A stretch of DNA of 64,000 nucleotides, taken from contig DAIDJN010000041.1 of NCBI GenBank assembly GCA_027451365.1, positions 109,367 to 173,366 on the forward strand, written 5' to 3'. Position numbers and translations under genes: made by a program. How positions within the stretch are numbered: the first letter of the stretch is position 1; each line of letters begins with the position of its first letter. Positions 56,749-64,000 of this stretch are shown here, one piece after another. A model generated the notes under the pieces. The model was not told where the DNA came from. It searched no databases and saw nothing but the letters and a program-made list of their open reading frames with translations. Source of the DNA: Phycisphaerales bacterium. GTDB taxonomy: Bacteria; Planctomycetota; Phycisphaerae; WQYP01.

Positions 56749-57399
56749 GTGTCAATACGATTTGTGGAAAAATTGGAACAACTGCATAATCGCTGTGTCA
56801 ATATGGCCGCGCTGGTGCAGGGCGCAGTCGAGCAGGCCACACAGGCGGTTCTTAGTCGCCGTCCGGAAGTGGCCAATGCGGTGCTGGATAACGAAGCACA
56901 AATAGATGCCGAAGAGGTTGAAATTGAGCGGGCCGCCATTGACCTTCTGGCAATTCACCAGCCCACGCCAACCGACCTTCGGACCGTCTTTGCCATTGTC
57001 AAAATCAACAGCGATCTGGAACGTATTGGTGACTGCGCTTACAACATAGCCCAGATGGTGCCTTCGTTCGCCGGTCGCGCAGGTGAACTGCCGCCCGATC
57101 TTAAAAACATGGTCGAGGCCACCCTTAAGCAGGTCAGCGACACCACCCGCTGTCTGGGAATCAATGATTTCAGCCTGGCCAATGAAGTTTGTCGCGGCGA
57201 TGACCTGGTGGATGCCCTGTACCACCAGATTTATCAGGACCTGCAGGCCGGAATGGTGGCCGATACGCAGCGCGTTCCGGCCGATCTGGCCCTGATTATG
57301 GTTGCCAAAAATCTCGAACGCATTGCCGATCATTGCACCAACATTGCCGAGGAAGTTGTGTTTCTGGTCCGCGGTCAGATCATCCGCCACGTGCATTAA
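56749..57399 (+). CDS. phoU: Phosphate signalling protein PhoU
   Basis: QPT.TDLR, KINSDLERIGD, D..VD.LY, KNLERIADHCTNIAE.V.F.V.G..IRH. Confidence 0.95.
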   Translation: MSIRFVEKLEQLHNRCVNMAALVQGAVEQATQAVLSRRPEVANAVLDNEAQIDAEEVEIERAAIDLLAIHQPTPTDLRTVFAIVKINSDLERIGDCAYNIAQMVPSFAGRAGELPPDLKNMVEATLKQVSDTTRCLGINDFSLANEVCRGDDLVDALYHQIYQDLQAGMVADTQRVPADLALIMVAKNLERIADHCTNIAEEVVFLVRGQIIRHVH

Positions 57400-57586
57400 A
57401 TGCCATGCAGCCGTATTGAAAATGACGTCAGTGAATCGGCCAAATGGCCTTGCACATTTTAGACCTCTGGCACCTGGTTTATAAATTCGGCACGCGCCGC
57501 TTGTTTCCCGCCCGCGGTCTGGTAACGTAAGCGTACGCTTCCGGCGTGCGGCCGGTGGAATATAAACGTCCTTTGGAGGATCATGG

Positions 57587-58876
57587 ATGATCCGGCAATA
57601 TTTCTTCAATCACGTCCAACGGCATCTGGGGGATTCTTCGGCCTCGCCCAGACTGCGGTCTTGCGGCCATTCGCGGATTTTTCCAGTCATTTTTGCGATC
57701 GCATTCGTCAGTTTGGTCAGCGGTTGCCGGCAAAATTCCAATCGCATTGCCACGTTGCCCGCAGCTCCGCCACCCACGGGCTTTCATATTTCCGCCGCGC
57801 CGCCGGTACAACCAATTACCCCCATATTTCCGGCAGTGCCATCGATTTTGCCCAAGCCCGCGATTCTTGGCGCGGCTTATGCGCCAGTAATCATTCTGCC
57901 AGCGCACATGCCTCAGCCAATGATTCGCGTGAAAATAACAGCCGAATTGCCGGTTCCGCCGCACATTCGCGCGTGGCTTTACCGCGGGAAAATAAAAATT
58001 CTGCACCTGGCGGACGGCAAATTTATCGCTCTGAACATACTCCCAATGGAAGATTATCTGGCAGGTGTGCTTTCGCGGGAACTCTACCGCAGTTGGCTGC
58101 CCGCAACTTACCGCGCCCAGGCAATTGCGGCCCGCACTTACGCGCTTTACCAGATCGAAACCTTCGGCCTGACGCATCCGTGGGATGTTACTGGAACGCA
58201 AAGCTCCCAGGTTTATGGCGGAAAAAAGGCCGAAACCCGCGTCGCCTGGCGGGCCGTACGGGCCACACGCGGACTGGTTATGTACGGAGAATCCGACGGC
58301 CTGACGGGAATATTCTGCGCCTATTTTTCCGCCTGTAATGGCGGCGCTTCGCAAAGTGCCAAAGCTGCCTGGGGCGACCATGCGGTTTGCACTCTTCAGG
58401 GCCGGGTCTTTGGCGATCTGGACGCGAACTGTCCTGAATTCAACTGGCCTGTCAGGACGTATTCACTCGCCCAGATTACCGGCGCTATCCAGCACTGGGG
58501 ACTGATCAACCACCTGGACTATCTTTCAGAACTTGGCCCGCTGGCGACGGTTCGCATTACCCGTCGGGATTCTCTCACCGGTCGTCCTATGGTGATTACC
58601 GTTACGGATGTGAATGGACATGTCGGAAAACTTCGGGCCGAAGAATTTCGTCTTGCGCTTCTGTTTGATCCGGACCCGACCGTGCGCGCGCCACCCAGCA
58701 GCTTTTTTGATATTCAAAGCGAAGGTCAGTTCATTCAATTGACCCATGGCCACGGAGATGGCCACGGAGTGGGTCTGTCCCAGTGGGGGGCGCAGGCGCT
58801 TGCCCGCGAAGGTTCCACAGCACGTTATATTCTGGATGTTTATTATCCGGGCAATACACTGCATCGCCTTTGGTAA
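57587..58876 (+). CDS. SpoIID/LytB domain protein (probable lipoprotein)
   Basis: N.LPMEDYLAGVL.RE, AQAIAARTYAL, SQVYGG, F.ACNGG, GHGDGHGVGLSQWGA, IL..YYPG. Confidence 0.9.
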   Translation: MIRQYFFNHVQRHLGDSSASPRLRSCGHSRIFPVIFAIAFVSLVSGCRQNSNRIATLPAAPPPTGFHISAAPPVQPITPIFPAVPSILPKPAILGAAYAPVIILPAHMPQPMIRVKITAELPVPPHIRAWLYRGKIKILHLADGKFIALNILPMEDYLAGVLSRELYRSWLPATYRAQAIAARTYALYQIETFGLTHPWDVTGTQSSQVYGGKKAETRVAWRAVRATRGLVMYGESDGLTGIFCAYFSACNGGASQSAKAAWGDHAVCTLQGRVFGDLDANCPEFNWPVRTYSLAQITGAIQHWGLINHLDYLSELGPLATVRITRRDSLTGRPMVITVTDVNGHVGKLRAEEFRLALLFDPDPTVRAPPSSFFDIQSEGQFIQLTHGHGDGHGVGLSQWGAQALAREGSTARYILDVYYPGNTLHRLW

Positions 58877-59115
58877 ACCCGCGTCGCGCATGGCCGCAAT
58901 TCGCCAGTTGCCGCCGCCATAAAATCGTGCGCACCGACCGCGCACCCTGCATCGTTTCGTCAGCCGTGGCAGGGGGGTGATGTTAACCTCCGCATGCATT
59001 AAATCGATAGCATCGGCGGTGTGCTTCACGTATACTCCACGAAGTGGCAACGTGGTGGGATTTCTTAATCCATCGCGCCGTGTATGGTCATATATCCGCA
59101 GGCTGGAGTCATCTG

Positions 59116-59886
59116 ATGCAACCGACGATCATTGTGCTTCCATCCCCCGAAGCTTTGGCGGTTGCTGCCGCCGGCGAAATTCTAAATCATGCGCGACGAG
59201 CCATCTCCGACCATGGCCGGTTTGTGATTGCTCTTACGGGCGGCAGCACGCCAGAAAAAACTTATAAGGAAATTGTCAGTCTTGGCCTTAAACAAAAGGC
59301 TGACTGGGTACGCTGGTTTGTGTTCATGGGGGACGACCGACACGTCCCATTGGAAGATTCCCGCAGTAATTTTGGCATGGCCATGCGGACGCTGCTTCAC
59401 CACGTGCCAATTCCCGCCAATCAACTGTTTCCCATCCCAACTGAAATTCAACCGGTTCAGCGCTCCGCGAGCGAATACGACCGTACATTGCGTCAATTCT
59501 TCGGCACGGCGCCCCCGGTGTTTGATCTGATTCTTCTTGGCCTTGGCGATGATGGTCACACCGCCTCCCTTTTTCCCCATGCCCCAGCGCTTTCCTGCAC
59601 GGCCGATCTGGTAACCAGCAGCCCGCCGGGGGTGCTGCCGCCACCGGTGGATCGCGTCACCTTCACATTTCCGCTTCTTAATGCGGCTCGCGCCGTACTG
59701 TTTCTAGTGGGGGGGGCGAACAAAGCTCGCACAATGGCTCGCGTGCTGGATCCCGCCGCGCAGGTGAACGAAGTGCCGGCGGCTGGCATACGCCCGGCGC
59801 ACGGAACGCTTTGTTTTATGTTGGACTCCGCCGCCGCCGACGCTTTGCCGCCGACTCTGCCAATAAAAAGGGTCAATCCGCATTAA
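59116..59886 (+). CDS. pgl: 6-phosphogluconolactonase
   Basis: IALTGGSTP, GDDRHVP..D.RSNF, FDLILLGLGDDGHTASLFP, RVTFTFP.LNAAR; GGAG RBS. Confidence 0.95.
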   Translation: MQPTIIVLPSPEALAVAAAGEILNHARRAISDHGRFVIALTGGSTPEKTYKEIVSLGLKQKADWVRWFVFMGDDRHVPLEDSRSNFGMAMRTLLHHVPIPANQLFPIPTEIQPVQRSASEYDRTLRQFFGTAPPVFDLILLGLGDDGHTASLFPHAPALSCTADLVTSSPPGVLPPPVDRVTFTFPLLNAARAVLFLVGGANKARTMARVLDPAAQVNEVPAAGIRPAHGTLCFMLDSAAADALPPTLPIKRVNPH

Positions 59887-59969
59887 GCCACTGACCGGTC
59901 GGTGTCCCATGCATGCGGTTCGCGCAATTGCGGTTCCAATCAGATTGCTTTTTACTATCAAAGCGGGGG

Positions 59970-60791
59970 CTAGAGGGGACGTCGAATCATCGCGGCCATC
60001 CGACCGGTTATTCCATTGTCCCGTCGATGCGAGAAAAACCACTGTGTGTTGGCATATGTGCATAATCTGCATGTATCAATTTCCTTCAGACCGGCGCGGC
60101 GTAATTGGCTTTCTATCGCTTGCGGAAGATCGATATGCGGCTTGCCACGGGCACCTGTTTTGACGGCCGCGCTCAATCCGGCGCGTACAAATTCTGCGGC
60201 CACTTCGTGTCCCACCTCAAATGCCTCGGGACCTATCGCCGGTCCTATGGCCGCAACAATGTGTTCCGGCTTTGCGCCGAGTTTGCCTAATTCCAAAATC
60301 GCTTGCGCTGCGGCATTGGCCGCCGCGCCGCGCCAGCCCGCATGGATCGCCGCCACCATTGTTCCATCCAGTGTGGCCAGCAAAATCGGCACGCAATCCG
60401 CGACGCGCATGGCAAGCAGGACGCCGGCGGCATTTGACACAATGACGTCGGCCTCGGTCTGCCCGGAAAATTGCCTCAAAAGTATATCGGGCTGTTGGGT
60501 CAGTTCGCTGGTGCGCAGAACCGCAGTCTGGTTTCCATGCACCTGACGAACCCAGGCTACGGGTGTATCGGCTGATTGAATCGCCGCGGCCAGCCGCCGC
60601 TGGTTCGTCAGAATATTGGCCGCGGAATCCTGTGGTGTCGTGCCCTGCGCATTGCCCAGATTCAGCGACGCAAACGGGCCGCCTGAAACGCCGCCAATGC
60701 GCGTGGAAAACGCATGTGGTGCGCCCAATAGCCGCAGCAGACTGGATTGAAAATATTCCACCCCGTCGATTGTTTTTACCAGATCAAACAT
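59970..60791 (-). CDS. pgeF: Peptidoglycan editing factor PgeF / YfiH (purine nucleoside phosphorylase-like)
   Basis: HAFSTR.GGVS, SLNLG, QVHG, ADCVPILL, HAGWRG, IGPAIG..FEVG, FFSHRRD...GRM. Confidence 0.92.
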   Translation of the reverse strand: MFDLVKTIDGVEYFQSSLLRLLGAPHAFSTRIGGVSGGPFASLNLGNAQGTTPQDSAANILTNQRRLAAAIQSADTPVAWVRQVHGNQTAVLRTSELTQQPDILLRQFSGQTEADVIVSNAAGVLLAMRVADCVPILLATLDGTMVAAIHAGWRGAAANAAAQAILELGKLGAKPEHIVAAIGPAIGPEAFEVGHEVAAEFVRAGLSAAVKTGARGKPHIDLPQAIESQLRRAGLKEIDTCRLCTYANTQWFFSHRRDNGITGRMAAMIRRPL

Positions 60792-61004
60792 AGTCCGCAA
60801 TAAGACAGTCCGGCTGCGGAAAAAGCAAGTCAGGCTTGCTGCCCCGACCTGGCCGCGGCTGACATAATTCAAATCCTGCGGGATCCCCTGTTCTCCGGAG
60901 TGGCTCGCCAGGCCGACTCAATCGGCATCCCCGGTACCGCGGAAGTGGAAAGTCGGGATTGGATCCGCAACGCTGGTCCGAAGAATATCTGCCATTGGAA
61001 TCAA

Positions 61005-61475
61005 TTAATTCGCGTTTGGTGTATTCTCCACTTTGCCAGTTGCGGCATGGGTCGCATCAGAATGGAAATTCAATGTCGTGTCCGCCGGCAATTCGCGAAT
61101 ATTGCTGATAAGGTTGATCCCTTTCTGCCAGTTTACGCGATAAGTAAATTCAATCATTTCATGTGGACGCAAGCTGGTTAAAGCCACCGATTGTGCCGCC
61201 GTATAATTCATCACCATCGCTGGCATGGGCGATGGCTGACCGTCTGGTCCCATAAAGTTTTTGATCGCCTGTGTTTTAATTGAAATCTCGCGACTCGCGG
61301 TATCCGCTGCGGGCAGTTGTTCAATGATGCCGCGCACGATGTAGACATCTGTATGCGACCGCGTTGCGCTGGCACCAGATGATACGTGCTTGTAATGCCT
61401 GCACCCGGCTGCAAATGCGCCCAGGTCCAGAATTAGTGCGGCTATCGCCAAAACCTTAAATCGGCCCGTTTTCAT
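61005..61475 (-). CDS. CusF-like OB-fold metal-binding lipoprotein
   Basis: Lipobox AAGC; Y.VRG.I, I.NF.......MPAM.M.Y, L.....IEFT..V pattern. Confidence 0.6.
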   Translation of the reverse strand: MKTGRFKVLAIAALILDLGAFAAGCRHYKHVSSGASATRSHTDVYIVRGIIEQLPAADTASREISIKTQAIKNFMGPDGQPSPMPAMVMNYTAAQSVALTSLRPHEMIEFTYRVNWQKGINLISNIRELPADTTLNFHSDATHAATGKVENTPNAN

Positions 61476-62349
61476 AGTTGTTTCATCCAGTTAATCGCAA
61501 TTCTCTCTGCTTTTTACATGCAAAATTGTTCTATGGCAAGGGTGCCTGACACATTACGCGGCAGGTCTAAGTTTCCGATGGAGCAGGAAGTTATCCCAGC
61601 GGTCATCTTGGCTCAATCGTAGCGCCAAGAGCCAAGTGCGCATCTCCAGCGCCGCCGTCGAGCGATACGCGGCACGGATCGATCCAGCGTGACGACGCTG
61701 CTTCATACGCTGGTATAACCGTTGGCCGCAATAAGTTACTCGTCATCCCGTTTGTGGAGACCCCGCGTTTGGCCGGACCTAACCGATGCGCTATTTCGTG
61801 TCGATGATCACTTCCCGATTGCAGAAGAACATATATGCCGTGACCACCGCACATGGTGGCCACCGTGAACATGCTTAAAACCGTTGGCAGCGGATTCTTC
61901 ATGGATTACATAAAGTCGCGCTATTTTTCAGCCGCGCGGATATTGCGATTTATTTGCAGTCGCTGGAAATCCGGAAGCATTTGACATTCACTGTGCTCGC
62001 CGCCATTCACCTCGTCCGCCGGCCCGGCGTAGCGCGGTGCATTGGTTTCACCCGAAAGTCCTAGGCTATGCATTTTATTCGGAAATGTCGCAAGCCTCTG
62101 ACGCGTCGGCCCCGATTTGTTTCCAGTAATCGCAACAACCCGTCAAGAATGACCAGGCCTTTCGGGGCCAGGTCTGGATGAAATGATCGTCGATTTGTTG
62201 TGCGTGCAAACGTATACACGTATACAAGACTATAGAATGTGAATAAGCGAATTCTCCACTCCTCGGGCAATAATGGTTATAATTGCTTGAATTAAGCCTG
62301 CGTACCGCTGCACGCGCTGCCAACGGACTTTCAAATTGACCGTTTCCGC

Positions 62350-63669
62350 TCAGAACGCCAGGCTTAATCGCACTGTCGCCACTAAGGTATCAGGATACGC
62401 TCCGCCTCCGGTGTGAATAAAGTATTGTAGGTCGGGTTGCAGCGTGATGCCATTGCCAAAACTCAAGGCGTAAAAGCTTTCGAAATTCAGTTCATACGGT
62501 TTGGGTAAATTCGCCTGCGAACTGATGTGCACCCAATTATAGCCGAGTCCGAACTGATCCTGAGGCCTGGCCGGTATCAGTCCATTTCCTGTCAAACCTG
62601 CCGAGGACCACGAGTCGACACTGGCGCTGTCGGAAACCTGCGGGCTGCCGCCGCCGAGAGCAATGAATGCGGCAATGTGTTCGCCACCTCCTCCAGCCCA
62701 GAGGGTCTGGTCCAAGTAAGAGTAAACGGCCGCTCCCCCAGAATGCACCGCCCCGTCGGGCGTCGGCAGATGACCGGTACGCCAATTTCCGCCCGCCGCC
62801 ACCACTCCCGGCATATTGTTCCCAAGGTGCCAGGAGTAATCCAGCTCACCAATCAGGGAAGGGCCGACGGGTAGACTCGTTGGCTCTAAAGTGTTAAGCG
62901 ACTGATCAAAGGCTGATGAATGAAAACGGTCAAAATAATAGGCTCCGAACTTAAACGTCAGAGATCCATTCGGATCAACCACCGCAACAATTCCCGGTGC
63001 GGATATCGGATACAGCAGCAATCCGTTGATGGCGGGAAAGGCGGTCGGCGAATTGTTTATGAAATCGGCAGCGTCGGGCGGTTGGGCAAAAAAATCCGCT
63101 GCATCTTGGCGACCTGCGCGAATCTGAAGTAGATCGCCGAACATTTGATTGTAATAAAGCTCGTAGAGCGTACTGAATGGTGCCGCATCTATATAATCGA
63201 AATCCTGCAAAGCCCCCACCTGCGTCGAATTACCGCTTTGGCCCCAGAATCCAGCGTAATCGGCGTAAATAGTCCCGCCCGGCAGACCAAACATTTTTTT
63301 GGTATCAAGGCTGACATCCAAATTCACCAGTGTTCGCCATGCTTGATTCCGCGTGGCCAGGCCACCGGACAGGTTCCATGATCCATCCATGATCATCGTC
63401 CCGCCAAAGGTAACCCCGGCCTCCTGGAACTCGGGCCTGAGGCCAAACCAGTCTTCGGTTAAATCACCGGAATAATCGGGCGCGGCGGTAGCGGTTGCCG
63501 GTTGCGGTCCGGCCTGGGTTGCCGCCGGCCCGGTGGTCGGATCCACCACGCTTTGGGCACCTGCGGAACCGCAGGCCGCCGCGGATGCGACTGCCGTTAA
63601 TAAGGTCAGAAATCCGGCCACATTCCGTGGTGATCGAACGATAGATACGGGGCGCGGAACTTGGAACAT
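62350..63669 (-). CDS. Carbohydrate-selective porin, OprB family
   Basis: LT.DWFG.R....EAGV, LYELYYNQ, IRAGRQD, FIN, GLIPARPQDQFGLG, E.FY, LQPDLQY.IH.GG, C-terminal Phe; AAGGAG RBS before ATG 63669. Confidence 0.88.
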   Translation of the reverse strand: MFQVPRPVSIVRSPRNVAGFLTLLTAVASAAACGSAGAQSVVDPTTGPAATQAGPQPATATAAPDYSGDLTEDWFGLRPEFQEAGVTFGGTMIMDGSWNLSGGLATRNQAWRTLVNLDVSLDTKKMFGLPGGTIYADYAGFWGQSGNSTQVGALQDFDYIDAAPFSTLYELYYNQMFGDLLQIRAGRQDAADFFAQPPDAADFINNSPTAFPAINGLLLYPISAPGIVAVVDPNGSLTFKFGAYYFDRFHSSAFDQSLNTLEPTSLPVGPSLIGELDYSWHLGNNMPGVVAAGGNWRTGHLPTPDGAVHSGGAAVYSYLDQTLWAGGGGEHIAAFIALGGGSPQVSDSASVDSWSSAGLTGNGLIPARPQDQFGLGYNWVHISSQANLPKPYELNFESFYALSFGNGITLQPDLQYFIHTGGGAYPDTLVATVRLSLAF

Positions 63670-63781
63670 GATGAATTCTCCTTGTGGTTTGGTTTGACAT
63701 TGCGGATCGATCTCTATGCACTCACGGCATCTCCGCACCAACGGAGGCCGGAGGCCGCAGGCACCGAACCCATGGCCAGAG

Positions 63782-63837
63782 GTTATACAAAGTAATACCT
63801 TACAGTGCAAGCGACTCGTATTATTTGGTAGTACCTT
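63782..63837 (-). promoter_or_regulatory. Sigma70-type promoter of the porin with two candidate GntR/FadR-type operators
   Basis: Minus strand TTGCAC-N17-TATAAC (63810..63782); repeats AGTAATACCTT (63791..63801, in the spacer) and GGTAGTACCTT (63827..63837). Confidence 0.5.
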
Positions 63838-64000
63838 TTTGTTTTGCTTTGTCACCACGGCCGGCGGGGCGACTGGGGACCTGCTTCTGCAGTTATTGCC
63901 CTTTGCCGGCGAGGTCCGTGACATGCAGCTTGCGGGTGACGTGTTGGAGGCGGATGGTGTGGTCGCCCGTTGCACCGATGGCATTAACTGCTTCCTTGCC

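Noticed and set aside
56752..58381. Long antisense or alternate-frame ORFs (e.g. 56752..57609, 57581..58381; also 21857..22630, 42285..43046, 46500..47366)
   Set aside because: They shadow well-supported genes, as expected in GC-rich coding DNA
61603..62323. Short ORFs between the CusF-like gene and the porin
   Set aside because: No recognisable motifs or RBS; cannot be supported as genes
63670..63984. N-terminal extension of the porin ORF (and similar extensions at 46207, 37410, 16663, 60872)
   Set aside because: Extensions overlap promoters or neighbouring genes; downstream starts have better RBS or family-typical N-termini

Overview
Bacterial chromosomal window with moderately high GC. 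Gene content and style suggest a Planctomycetota (Phycisphaerae-like) genome, but that is inference. Housekeeping genes present: murJ, yidC, recN, dut, hemB, scpB, purE/purK, phoU, pgl, pgeF. Carbohydrate-active genes: SGNH and SASA esterases, a GH95-like enzyme, a GH3 and an OprB porin. Also present: a BMP-type nucleoside ABC transporter, a TetR-controlled RND efflux operon, a BglII/BstYI-type restriction-modification pair, an AbrB/Doc toxin-antitoxin pair whose toxin lacks the catalytic His, and a decayed IS3-family remnant. The most interesting part is an accessory block at about 26.1-35.3 kb. Five genes there (two DUF3494 ice-binding-like proteins, a stress-type hypothetical, a GGDEF cyclase and a DUF3309 small protein) each have a sigma54 -24/-12 box. 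A 27-bp double-palindrome motif recurs three times at enhancer distance from four of these promoters. A sigma54 activator with a degenerate receiver domain is encoded in the block, which suggests a self-contained sigma54 regulon. Inside the block is a nested 1.15-kb repeat array built from covarying REP-like hairpin pairs, 14-bp microrepeats and a 511-bp higher-order period. Four secreted proteins share a PEP-CTERM-like tail: three read (A/T)PLP(A/G)-TM-basic and one is a VGQPA variant. No rRNA, tRNA or CRISPR array was recognised.
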